NCBI GenBank assembly: GCA_964016885.1
Contig: OZ024741.1
Span: 45,260,001 to 45,324,000 of the forward strand
Reading direction: 5' to 3'
Length of the DNA stretch: 64,000 nt
Source: Eledone cirrhosa
Taxonomy: Eukaryota
A model generated the notes under the pieces. It was not told the DNA's origin. It ran no database searches and saw only the letters and a list, made by a program, of their open reading frames with translations. Positions 25,513-37,850 of the stretch are shown here, in pieces. Made by a program: the position numbers and the translations under genes. Positions within the stretch are counted from its first letter, which is position 1, and each line of letters begins with the position of its first letter.

Positions 25513-27217
25513 TTACCTTACTTCTCGTAGGGGAAGGACGGTTTTTCCATCCTTTTCACTGCTTGTGGCCTCCTCAGGAAGGATGTCCTTATAAATCCTT
25601 CTGGAGAGTGCTTGTCGGAAGTCTCCGATGTCTTTGGGGAATTTTTGTTTTAGTGTCATGTACGTTTTCTGTGTGATGCGAGTGATTTGTATGTGTCGAG
25701 GTGGTGTGAATTTTGGGGTTGTTGTGTAGTCTTTTTCTGTGATGCTGGTGTTGTGTTGGATGTAGTGTAATAATTGCTTGTTGTTCAAATTTAATGCTGT
25801 GTAGTGTGTATCGTTTTGGTTGTTTTGTTTTGTTTGCGTTTGTTGTGGGTTTGTTTCTGTTTCGCATTTTGGTGACTTTTGTGGTGTAGGTGATGGTGGT
25901 GCTGGGGTTAATGATGGTGATGGTGTTGGTGTTTGGGTTGATGGGGTTGGTGATGCTGGTGTGGATGGTGGCATATCTGTCCTAACTTTTTTGTTTCTTA
26001 ATTTATTTGTTTCCCTCTGTATTTTGTTTTTGGAAGGGGAAGGAAGAGAATTTTTTCTTTTTTGGTTTCTTTTTTTTTTCCGGATATCGTTTCCCACTCC
26101 TCGTTGTCACAATCTGTCTCCAGTTGTGATAGGCCGGGGAGTGGAAAATCCTCCACAGCCGTTAGTTTTGGTTGTGGTGTGGTGGATGGTGTAGGCGCTG
26201 GTGCTAGTTCTGAAGCGTTGGGTGGTGGTGGTGTTGGTTTTGCTGGTGGTGGTAGTGGTGTTGGTTTTGCTACTGTTGCTGGGGTTGTTGCTGTTATAGT
26301 TGCTTCTGTTGTTGCTGCTACAGTTATTGCTGCCATCTCTGCTACTGGTGGTGTTGATGGTTGTGTCACTGGGGTGGGTAGGAGAGGTGGCCTCAACCTT
26401 TTAGCCTGAGGGCAGAAAGCCCTTAGGTGGGTTCCTTCACCACAAACGACACACCTAGGTCTTCTGCCCTCGACAATTACCGTGAGGTGGCTGCCGTCAG
26501 TGAGGTCTATTACCTCTGGGATCTCCTCAATGCTTTTTTGGTCCGCTTGGATCAGGAGCTCCATCCCAGATCCGGACCAGTTTTCCTGCTTTTCTTTTGA
26601 TATTGCTATTATTTTCGTGTTGGCTTCGATGCCGGCGAGGACAGCCGCTATTAGCCAGGGAATTTCGATGGCCGGTGGAACGTGGGTCACCCTGATCTTT
26701 ACGAGTCTCTGGCCACAATAGCTTGGGACGAGTGTGAAGTCGTCACTTTTTAATGGGGCCATGGAGTGTTCTCTAGCCTCCTCTGGTGTTTCAAAGAACA
26801 CATCCACGTTTCCATACTTTTGCCCACGTCTGATGTGGGTTTTTCTTGCCCACACATGTCCCAAAGCTTTTTGGATTTGGGACTCGGATGCCCGTTCCAC
26901 TCGGCGCGATTTTACATTTATTCTTCTATACGACACGGTGCATAGGCGCCGATGCTCCATTTTATTAGGTGGGGGGTGAGGCTGACCCTGTACCCATCTT
27001 TCTTTACCATTTGTTTGGCATTTTCTAAATCCTCCTGAGTTACCGTGAATGCTTCGAACTGTTTTGCTACTATGGCGAAACTGAGGATCGGTTTTATAAT
27101 GTCATTGTTGCTGTTGTTGCTATCGTTATTTGTGTTAATATTAATTTTAGTTTCAGTTGCGGTGGTGGTGACGTCAGTCGTCTTTGGTGCGGAAGAGTCC
27201 ATTTTGCTTGATTTCAT
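25513..27217 (-). pseudogene. Tx1-like ORF1 (gag-like, CCHC knuckle, Pro/Thr-rich), split by two frameshifts
   Basis: Pieces 26918-27217 (SFAIVA motif), 25998-26960 (RCVVCGEGTHLRAFCP) and 25513-26097. The shifts lie near homopolymer runs (G run ~26971, T run ~26070). Confidence 0.8.
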
Positions 27218-27519
27218 TTCGACATCACGAGTTAATTTATTTTTTTCTTCTTTTTGTTTCTGTTGTCACGGTGGTGGTGGGGGTGGTGGTTGTCGCGGTG
27301 GTGGTGGTGGTGGAACCTTTAACACCTGCAGTCATTGATAATGGCGGGAAATGAATGTCTGCCTGAGACAAATTTAAAATATTGCTACTGCTTATATTTT
27401 TTTTGTGTTGGCAAACGTAGTAACATTTACAATGGTGGTGTCGGTGTGAGGTGCTATTTTGTGAGGAAGGCTTTCACCTGCTTCGTGCAGAGGTGAATTA
27501 GCCATTTTTTTTTCAAAGA

Positions 27520-27748
27520 AATTTTTTGATAATAATAAAAGTTAAAATTTTGGGCACAAGGCCCCAATCTTTTTGGGTGTCCTTTTCGGAAAACAATGTA
27601 TGTGTACTTATAAAATTTTCCATAAATGATAATTTTTTGATAATAATAAAAGTTAAAATTTTGGGCACAAGGCCCCAATCTGTTTGGGTGTCCTTTTCGG
27701 AAAACAATGTATGTGTGCTTATAAAATTTTCCATAAATGATAATTTTT
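27520..27748. repeat. Two 111-bp tandem monomers in the Tx1 5'UTR
   Basis: AATTTTTTGATAATAATAAAAG...CCATAAATGAT starts at 27520 and at 27631; the copies are nearly identical. Confidence 0.9.
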
Positions 27749-27811
27749 AACAAACGGAAATAACAAACCTTTGCGGAGCTCACGATGATACAATTTACTA
27801 CGTAGGTCGCC

Positions 27812-27861
<50 letters not shown>

Positions 27862-28834
27862 GGGAAGAAGACGCACGAGGTGGTAGAAGGTCATGAAATC
27901 GCTCCCGTAAGTTTTTGATTTTTAACATATTTAAACAATCGTGAAATAACAATTCTTAGTACAAATGTTGCATAAACCACCGAATCAGGTCCCATAAAGT
28001 TTCGGATCCATATTATATTGTTGTATCGCTCAAATATTCAATTTTGTATTATATATTTTGTATTCAAAAAAAAGAAAATGGTTATAAATAGGAAAAAAAC
28101 ACCCTCTGTCTACACTATATAGAACAGCCAAATAACAGCAATTTCACCAATACCTGAAACTTGATACACCACCTATCCCATCACACTAAATATAACAGCC
28201 AGATAACGGCAATTTCACCAGCATCATAATAATAATTACTATTATTATTGTCTCAAATTTTAAAAAAATGTTTAATTCCAATTTTACGGGAATATGTCAA
28301 CACAAATATAATAAAAATATATCTTAAACATACGAACACAAACTCATAGATACAACATATCAGTAACCACAACGCCACCGCTGCCACCACCCCACCCCAT
28401 CCATCATTGCTACCACTATCCCATGGTCGCCGCCACCACTCCTTCAATGCTACCACCACTATTCCCCTGTTAACTTGAGAGAGAAAGGGGAAGGTGGCGG
28501 TATCACCAGACAAGGGAGAGGCTAGCAAAAGATATAAATAGATTGACTTAGTGACCTGGCCACCGGCCAAACGTCAACATCAACAACTATGGGACTGCTG
28601 GCTCACCCCTTCCTCACCAACAATATAAAAAGCCCCGGCACCACCACCGACATAGCCAACAACAATAACAACCAACTACAACAAAAAGTATATTATATTA
28701 TTGTAATGCACTGGGTGATTGCTGGCCTTGTGCCTGGAGTGGAGACAATTATTAATAATTTCATTCTTAAGCCACGCAATGCTCACATTAAGGAACCACT
28801 CATGATAATAACAATTTAAAAAAACAACAAAAAG

Positions 28835-31800
28835 AAAACCCCGTGACCAAGAAATACCGGGATGGCGGCCGGCGGGGAATAGCCGTGTCTCTAGGGGAGA
28901 ACGACCTCTCTAGTCTTGGTTGACACTCGTTCTAGAAGTGGTAACACGAAATGATTACCTCTTGGCGGATAAGGATAAAACGCGACAAAATAAAGTAAAT
29001 GTCTAATGATAAAATCTCATACCGGATCGGCCGTCACCCGGGTAAAAAAGGGCCGCGTCCCTCAGAGAGGAACCAGGCTGGGGTCGAAAAATAAGCTAAT
29101 GGTTCAAACCTTCCCATCACTTCGGAGCTGGAGACCTCCCATAACCGGAATACTCCTACTGTTGGCCCTACATGCTCACCACCAAGATATCCAAAGAAAA
29201 AGAGAGAAAAATGGTCAATGGAAGATAATAAAGAAGTGCTTGAGGCTTTCTACACTGCTATGTACTACCCATCTAATACATCGAACACAGAACAGACATA
29301 TATCAACTGGAAAAAGAAACATCCCGAAAACAGAGGCTATATTGACAGTAACAAACTAGCCAATATACGAAGAAATATTGTAAGAAAAAAGTTACTAACT
29401 GATATAGAAATTGATCAGATCAAGCTATTAGCACAAAGTCAGCGAAGGGAAAATGAAACATGTGTCAGTGAAAACGAGGTAAACTGTAACACTTCGAACC
29501 CCAGGGTTGGGGCGGAATCACTGGCAACAGAAAAAATTAAAGAAAGGATCGAAAAAGAGGAGGGAGTGCATGCTCAGGATGAAACTCAAATGAAAATAAT
29601 GAGATCGTAAATGATAAAGAAATGAATCAGAATGAACTTGCCAACTTGAAGGATGAAATTATGATCGAATGGATGAAAATGAAAGAATCTGACATGGGGC
29701 AACGAGACACCCTCCCTAAGATCCAGAACTCCAAACAGAACCAAAAGATAATACACAAGACTAACATAATTCTCAAAAACATTATCATCACAAACAAACT
29801 AAACATTACTGATTTAAATCATCTCTATTATGCATCGACTAAAGTCACCACTCACTTATGTGGAGTGAAGATGAAAAAACAAAGGAATTCCCACAAGAAA
29901 TCTACTTGGCAAGAGAACATCAATCGCCAAATAAACCTTCTCCGATCTGACATAGAAATTTTAACAAACTATAAAGTAGGTGAACATGTTAAACAAACTA
30001 AACTTAGAAAATTGAAAAATAAGTACAGTATAAAATCAACATGTGACATAGACATGCTGATAGAAATAATCAAGCAAAAAGTGTCGGCCAAAGTTGCTCG
30101 TATAAGGCGCTTTGAAAAACGATCTAGATTCTATAAGGACAATAATATGTTCAAAAACAACCAAAGAAACTTCTACAGAAAAATTGGTATGTCAATAAAA
30201 ACTCCTAAATCAATACCACCCAAGGAGGAAGTGCAAGAATTCTGGGAAAAGATCTGGGCCGAAGAAAAAGTTCATAACATACATGCCCCATGGATAGACA
30301 GACAAATGACAGATACAGCTCACCTTGAGGAACAAACATGGGAAAATATAACAGTTGAACAGTTGCGCTTGGCTCTGAGACAAACCAGCAAATGGAAATC
30401 CCCAGGAAAGACAAAATACAAAACTTTTGGATAAATGCCTTCACAGAGTCTCATGAGCTGTTAGCCCAACTTTACAATGAAATAGTTAAGGAGCCAGAAA
30501 AGATACCATCATGGCTAGTTAACGGCATTACATTCCTACTTCCGAAGAATGATGAGACAAACAATCCCAAAAATTACAGACCGATAACTTGCTTGACCAC
30601 AATGTATAAAATGTTAACATCAGTCCTAACTGAATACACATATGACCACCTGATGACAAATGACCTATTTCCCATTGAGCAGAAAGGGTCTAAACGAGGC
30701 TCATATGGCTGTAAGGATCAGCTTCTGGTTAACAAAATGATACTGGAAGATTGTCATAATTGACACAAAAATCTATCGATTGCTTGGATAGATTATAAAA
30801 AAGCATTCGATAGTTTGCCACACAGTTGGATTGAAAAGTGTTTAGAGATTTTCAAAATATCCCCCGTTGTCAGGAGGTTTTTGTCATTCAGTATGAAGAC
30901 ATAGAAAACGACACTCCTTTTGAATAGTGAAACAAAATCACTGGAAGCTGGAGAAGTTAATATTAATTGTGGAATTTTTCAGGGTGACTCTTTATCACCG
31001 CTTTTATTCTGCATCGCACTTATACCATTAAGCAAAATGCTCAATGAAACAAAACATGGATATAAAGTATATGACAAAACCATTAATCACCTGTTCTACA
31101 TGGATGACCTGAAACTATTTGCAAAAACTGATGAACAATTGCAAGGCTATTATCCACTGTGGAGCAGTTCAGTGATGACATTAAAATGGAGTTTGGACTA
31201 GATAAATGCGCCAAAGCAACGTTCACCAGAGGAAAGCTGCTGAAAAGTTCAGACATTAATCTTGATCGGGCGAACGTGATAAGAGAACTTGATCAAGAAA
31301 AAACTTACAAATATCTAGGTGTTTGTGAAGGAGACGGAATCAAGCACTCGACAATGAGGGAAAGGATAAGGAAGGAATGTTACCGCAGAGTAAAAGCAAT
31401 CTTAAGAACGGAATTGAATGCAAGGAATAGGATCGATGCCATAAACACGCTTGCCATACCAGTAGTAACCTACAGTTACAATGTCATCAACTGGTCAAGC
31501 ACAGAGATCCGTAGGCTCGCTACAAAAATTCGAAAATTCTTAACCATGCACAGAATGCATCACCCTAAGGCAGATATAGATAGAATATATCTCCCTAGGA
31601 AAGAAGGAGGACGTGGGTTAATCCAGTTAGACATTGCGTTGAAAACTGCAACAATTGGATTATCTACATATCTAAGGGAATCACATGATTAGCTGATCAA
31701 ACTCGTTTTGAAACACGAAAGCATCAAAAGATCATATTCCATTACAAAAGATGCACAAAGATACAGTAATGGACTACACATTTCAGAAGTCCCATTTACT

Positions 31801-32790
31801 GCTGAAATGGAAAACACAGAAAAAGCAAAGCAGGTAAAAATAACTGCAAAGAAAGAACTGCTACAGAAACTGGCTAAGAAATGGCAAGAAAAGCCTCTGT
31901 ATGGAAAATACCCAGAGCGAGCTAACAATCCTGATGTTGACAAAACTTTAACCCACCAGTGGTTGGCATCCTCTGGACTGAAATCGGAGACTGAAGGACT
32001 GATTATATCGGCACAAGATCAGTGTCTGCCAACAAAAAATTACCAAGCCAACATAATAAAAAAATGGGTGCAGCCCATTATGCCGTGTATGCAAAAAACA
32101 ACCAGAGACCATTGACCAAATAATTTCAATGTGCAGTCCTATAGCTCCAACCGAATACCTAAACAGGCATGACAGAGCTGCACAATACATACATTGGATA
32201 ATGTATAAGCATTTTGACCTGCCCCATCAAAAGAATTGGTGGGAGCATCAACCACCTCCCATACTTGAAAAAGATCACATCTCAATCTTGTGGAACTTTA
32301 GCATCCAAACAGACCGACAAATAGGTGCAAATAGACCTGATATAATATTGAAGGACTTTCAAAAGAGGGTATGCCTGCTAATTGATATGTCTGTTCCAAT
32401 AGAAAAGAATGTATCTTTAAAAACATTTGAAAAATTGAGCAGGTATAAGGACCTGGAGATAGAAATTGGAAAAATGTGGAAATTGAGAACTAAAACAATA
32501 CCAGTGGTTGTAGGCGCTCTGGGAATGATACCTAAGGGGTCTAATGACTACTTATCGCAAATCCCAGGAAACCCGCGTATAGGAGAAATACAAAAGATAG
32601 TACTAATGGGAACTGCCCATATACTAAGGAAGATTCTGTCAATATAAGTACATCACAAGTCTAAACACTAAAGATGCATGTGTGAATATGTATGTTCTTT
32701 CTTGAACATGGCGGACCTTGTTGTCTCTTGAGGTCACTGGTTGTGACTTGGTGATAACTCGTATGAACATAAAGCAAGATAAATGCAACT
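28835..32790 (+). mobile_element. Near full-length R4/Dong RLE retrotransposon with frameshifts and stops, (TAA)n tail
   Basis: GC-rich 5' leader; N-terminal KREKWSMEDNKEVLEAFY; NYRPITCL, QGDSLSPLLF, HLFYMDDLKLF, RHD, NRPDIILKD, EKLSRYKDL. ORF ends at 32647. Confidence 0.92.
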
Positions 32791-32807
32791 GTAATAATAA
32801 TAATAAT

Positions 32808-32863
32808 GATTGTTTCTACTTTTGGCACAAGGCCAGCAATTACACAGTACATTACTGGTACTT
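32808..32863 (-). mobile_element. SINE 3' fragment between TAA tracts
   Basis: TTGTTTCTACTTTTGGCACAAGGCCAGCAATT...ACTGGTACTTT. Confidence 0.75.
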
Positions 32864-32879
32864 TAATAATAATAATAAT

Positions 32880-33225
32880 ATCACAGACAGAGCAATCATG
32901 GCCAACAGACCTGACACTGACACAACAGTCAACGCCACAGATTTGATATAATTGTGAATGACCATGAAAAACATGTTTCTTAATTGACATGAGCATTCCA
33001 TAAAATTGAAACATCTCCCCGGGAAGCTCAATACGTATGAAGATCTATCAATTGAAATTGGGAAAATATAGCATATTAAGGCTTATACATAGCCAGTGAT
33101 AATCAGCGCACTTGGAATGATAAATAAGGGAACTGAAAAATATTTGGATTTGTCATAGGATGGATAAATTACAAAAAGACATTGACCCATGGCTCCTTAT
33201 TTTTGGATAAACAAGTGCCTAGACA
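32880..33225 (+). pseudogene. Decayed R4/Dong RLE 3' fragment following (TAA)n
   Basis: TDRAIMANRPD...CFLIDMSIP...IEIGKI...PVIISALGMI. Confidence 0.75.
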
Positions 33226-33230
33226 TTTTC

Positions 33231-33405
33231 AAGTGGTGGATAACATCTTACTGCTCTTAATAACATAAAGAACTGGGAGACAGTGTTACCATCAGTGGTT
33301 AACTCTGTCTCATAAAGAACTGGCAGACAGAGTTAATCACTTATGGTAACACTGTCTCCCAGTTCTTTATGATATTAATAGCAGTCTGGTGTTGTCCACC
33401 ACTTG
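33231..33405. repeat. Imperfect inverted repeat (~80-bp arms); the spacer duplicates part of an arm
   Basis: CATAAAGAACTGGGAGACAGTGTTACCAT...ATGGTAACACTGTCTCCCAGTTCTTTATG; spacer CATAAAGAACTGGC. Confidence 0.85.
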
Positions 33406-33539
33406 CGAATTCATTTTCGTCGAGACCCAGAGCCTCTCCGATAACGTTATCGTTCTTCTTCACCACAAGACATCAACAAATTCTAAAGTAGAACATCCAG
33501 TGATCACATCCCTCTCACCCTCCTTTTCTGAAATGCGCT

Positions 33540-34330
33540 AGAAAGAAGACCCTCCATTTCCTCCTTCACTTTTCTCTTCAAATGTCGCTTGAAGGAGTTG
33601 AAGATGGCTTACTATAAAGGAAGAATATTGTTCTGAAACATTTCACTCATGTTTACAAAACTTAATTTACCTAGCCATCATGCAAAAAGAAACTTACCCA
33701 CGTCATTGTCAAAGGAATAACCCGGTTCGATTTTCAATATAAATTTGTCCGACATTCCACACGCGATAACAGCTATTTGGCAAAATTACTGGTCTGTAAT
33801 ATGCGGGCACCATATAATAGTGTGCAGACGGTTTTGTGATTTTGCTCATATCTCGGACAAGTTTGGCTGTTATCACATCCATGTCAGAAGAATTTATCTT
33901 AAATAGGTAATACATCCCCGTTGCACTGCTAAACTGCCAAGGAGAGGAAATGTGGAAATGGTTTGAATATGCTGCAGAAGATTCTTCCCAGATTTACCTC
34001 GTTGATGCACAGAGTAGATCATATACCATCGTCGTTCATTCCATTCACGAACCCTATTTAAAAATGTAAGCGTTGCTTTCGGCCCTCTAAGTGTTTTGTT
34101 TAGTTAATAGAATGCCGTGTATCAAACGAAATGCACCCTCGTCAGTTCATTGGCACCATCATAAGTGTGACTGCCTCAGCACGTATGTTCGCATGATCAG
34201 TAATTTGGGGACACTAAATGACCAAGTGCAGAATGTTTCATCAGTATTTGCGCATTTCTAACACAAGCGATTGGTTCTTCTGCCATGTTTGTTGAATTTC
34301 TCTATAACTTACAAAGCCATTTTAGCCACC
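33540..34330 (+). pseudogene. Highly decayed Gypsy/Ty3 pol (RT-RNase H) remnant
   Basis: Scattered motifs in the expected order: MFTKLNL (FSKLDL), FQYK...TAIWQ (FQYxRLPFG..APAIWQ), EMWKW, LVDA, VIWG...FHQYL. Confidence 0.45.
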
Positions 34331-35099
34331 TTCCTACAAGAGCTGTGTCAACTTAATGTTATCCGTAATTCCTGAACTAAAAATCTTCAAATGGGAAACT
34401 AAAATTTAAGTCATCTTCCTGGCCAAAAAAGGTTTCTAGTTCTCCAGCTAGTGGACTTCAATCTGTGCAACAATCCAGGTGTCAGATATCAAACCACTTC
34501 TGTGCTTGGTACATACTTTTCAGTAACATTTCTCATTTCTCAGAGGAGAAAGATTTGCATACTTGTTTTTGTTTAATAAGCAACATGGAACTATGCATCA
34601 AAGGAAAGACAGCTTGATCCCTGTTAGTACTTACCATCACTACCCAATTTTATATAAAGTTTCACTCTTTGTGCATATTAATATATTAGTATGTTTTAAC
34701 TGACATACATTTAGAGCAGACACTAGTGGCTCTTGAAACCCAGCTACCTTTTTTATGTTGGTTTTGGGTTTTATATTTTTTTTTACTTTTTATGTTTACT
34801 TATTTATTCTTGTAGTTATGGCAATGTTATTTGCGGTTTTCTCTTAAATTGTTTTATTGTCTTGCTCTAAGTTTTGTTTTAAAGTTGTTGTTGCTGTAGT
34901 TGTCCTCGCTGTCATTGTTGTTGTCTACACCGCAATGGTTGGTGATGTTGTTCTTGTTGTTATTGATAATATATATTGTTCCCACTGTTGTTGTTATTAT
35001 TGATAATATTTCTTGTTTCACCGTCATTGATGTTACCTCCACCGTCATTGTTGCGTCGTTTGGGGGTCATCGTTTATGTTGCGGATGTAGTTGCTCTTA

Positions 35100-35832
35100 T
35101 TGATATGTTGTTGCTCATGTTGTTGTTGTTGTTATTTGTTTAGTTTAACTATTCTCTGACATTGCAACCACGTTATGTTGGTGTTCTTTTGTGTTAGTGA
35201 TGATATTTCTGTTGTTAATGTCAGTATTGTTGTGTTTTCATCGCATTAGTAGTTTGTGGTCATCGTTTATAATGTGGTTGCTGTTGTTGTTGTTGTTGCT
35301 ATTGTTGTTGCTATCCTTGTTGTCGTTGTTGTTGTTGTTGTTGCTATTGTTGTTGCTATCCTTGTTGTCGTTGTTGTTGTTGTTGCTATTGTTGTTGCTA
35401 TCCTTGTTGTCGTTGTTGTTGTTGCTATTGTTGTTGCTATCCTTGTTGTCGTTGTTGTTGTTGTTGTTGTTGCTATCCTTGTTGTTGATGTTGCTGTTCT
35501 TGTTGTTGTTGTTGCTGTTCTTGTTGTTGTTGCTGCTGCTGTTGCTGTTGTTGTTGTTGTCGCTGTTGCTGTTGTGTTTGCTGTTGATGTTGCTGTTGTT
35601 GTTGCTGTTGTTGTTGCTGTTGTTGCTGTTGCTGTTGTTGTTGCTGTTGTTGTTGTTGTCATTGTTGTTGCTGTTGTCATTGTTGTTGCTAATATTCTTG
35701 TTGTTGCTGTTCTTGTTGTTGCTGTTGTTGTTGTTGTTGTTGTTGTAGCTGCTATCGATGTTGTTGTTGTTGCCGCTGTTGCTGTTGTTGTTGTCATTTG
35801 TTTAGTTTGACTATTCGCTGACATTGCAACCA
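35100..35832. repeat. (GTT)n/(GCT) low-complexity tract bounded by 37-bp direct repeats
   Basis: ATTTGTTTAGTTTRACTATTCKCTGACATTGCAACCA at 35134-35170 and 35796-35832. Internal higher-order unit GCTATTGTTGTTGCTATCCTTGTTGTC. Confidence 0.9.
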
Positions 35833-36319
35833 GAGATTATGTGTCTGCACTTAATAATTTTAACATCTTTGCATGTTTCCCACCTTGCTCTATATATTCA
35901 TCATATATTCTCTCCTTGTTGATACTATTTGTGACGATGTTAACATTCTTGCTATTGTTTGTGATAATTATTTCATGGTCATTTGTGCTGTTTTTTCTTT
36001 ACAATATTTTTTCACGCCTCTTTGCTAATTTTCCATCTTAAAACCTTATATTTACTAAGATGCTTTAAATAAAATTATTTAGTTACTGATTGCAGATGAA
36101 AAATATAAATAAGAATGACTCATTTAAATACTTTAACCCAATTTTCATGAGAATGTCTTAAAGAATTACGACTATAAAATAATACCCCCCCCCCTCCCAT
36201 ACACCATTTCGCAAAAGATAATTATAGATCAATGTATAAATTTGCAGAATAATAATTTCTCAATAAAATTGAGTAAAAATACACTATAACAAAAACAGTT
36301 AACAATGAAAAAATAATAA

Positions 36320-37850
36320 TAAAGGTGATTCTTTCTCAGCACTGCTTTCTGTAATGCCCTTAATACCCTTATCTTCTGTTCTTCGTGAGACAGTCATTGG
36401 GCACAATCGTGAGAGCGTATTTGTTAAGTCACTTGCAGTTCAGGGATGATCTAAAGTTATTTACTAGGAATGAAACTCGGATCCATTCATTGGTTCAGAC
36501 TGTTCATCACTGCTTTAAGGACATTAGGATGGAATTTGGAGTTAGAAAATATGAGTTTTGTCTATGAGACGAGGAAGAAGGATCTACAGCTACGGAATGG
36601 AACTCCCAAATGGAGAGACCATATCCGAAACTGAAGACCCAAGTTATAAATATCTTGGTGTATCAGAAGCTGTGAAAATCCTTGATGGTCAGATGAAAAA
36701 CCGAGTCAAAGAAACTAACTTCAGAAGAGTAGGATTACTTCGAAAGACAAAAATAAATAAATGCACGAAAGTTGATGAGAGCTAAAAATTGCTGGGCCAG
36801 GTGCTATTAGCAGAGACAGAGACAATCTGTAGGAGTACAAATATTTTGGGACTGTATGGGCCAAGAAAGAATGGTGGGAGAGGATTGATTGGAAGAGTAG
36901 AATGTGTCGCTATAGGTAGGAGAGGCCGAGATACGTACGTTGGAAACAGCAAAAAGATACTACTAAAATATGTTGCAAGACAAATAAATTAGTGAAAAAA
37001 ACATGGAAATAAAATAGTTGAGACAGAAAATTTGGAAATGAGAGCGTCAATGCCTTTGCACGGCCAATTCGAAGAACAGACTAGACACCTTAAAATTGAA
37101 AGATCATAGGATTGGTTGAGAATGTGAGATATGAAGAAAGAGACGGAAGGTTTGCTTTTAGCCGCCCAAGATGAAGACCTAAGCACCAACTTAATAAAAA
37201 AGTTACAGGGACAAAGCGATAACGACAAATGTAGGTTGTTGGGGTCGAAAGTGGAGAATGTAACACACATTGTAAGTGATTGTACTTTGCTTGCGTAAAG
37301 ATTACAAGAAATACCACGAATGCTTGCAATTGCATTGGTTACTTTGTCAGAAATATGGATTCAAAGTAGAGGAGAAATGGTATGACCATGAAAAGGAGAG
37401 CGTAATCTAGAATGACAAAGCAAAGATAAGAAATCTGACCGTACAAACATAGTTATTAAACACCGAAGACCTGACATTGTTGTGATTGAAAAAGAATGGA
37501 GAACGTGCTGGATAATTGATGTCGCAATCCCCGGTGATCAGGGAATTGAAGAGAAAGAATGGGAAAACATAAGGAACTATTCAGAGTGGGGAGTAGAAAC
37601 AGTTAGGTTGTGGAATGCGTCAGAAAACTTGATTCATGTTGTTATTGGTGCACTAGGATCGATACCAGATCAATTAGAGAAGAAACTAGAAGAACGTGGA
37701 CTACAACCTAATATTTCCTGGCTTAAAAGCTCTTTCTGATTTATCCCATATTCTACGAATGGTACAGGCTATCTGAGGTGGCCAGACTTGGTGGTCAGCT
37801 TTTTTACATCTCTCTTGTGAAAACCATGATGCAAAAGCGAAATAAAACAA
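36320..37850 (+). mobile_element. Decayed 5'-truncated R4/Dong element with (TAA)n at both ends
   Basis: GDSFSALL, HLQFRDDLKLF, YKYLGV, GGRGL, AAQD, HRRPDIVV, IIDVAIPGD, VVIGALG; many stops. Confidence 0.85.

Larger units (their letters stand above)
21815..27811 (-). mobile_element. Full-length Tx1/L1-clade non-LTR retrotransposon (~6 kb) inserted in (AAT)n
   Basis: 5'UTR, gag-like ORF1, APE-RT-zf ORF2, and a 3'UTR ending AATAAAGAAAAC(ATT)n. (AAT)n tracts at 21794-21814 and 27812-27861. Confidence 0.93.

Noticed and set aside
23074-26979. Plus-strand ORFs of 70-200 aa opposite the Tx1 element
   Set aside because: Antisense shadows of GC-rich coding sequence, with no motifs.
27520-27748. CRISPR-like or satellite array
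   Set aside because: Only two contiguous monomers without spacers, inside a LINE 5'UTR in eukaryotic DNA.
35191-35824. Poly-Leu, poly-Val and mucin-like poly-Thr ORFs
   Set aside because: A (GTT)n tract open in several frames, with no exon context.
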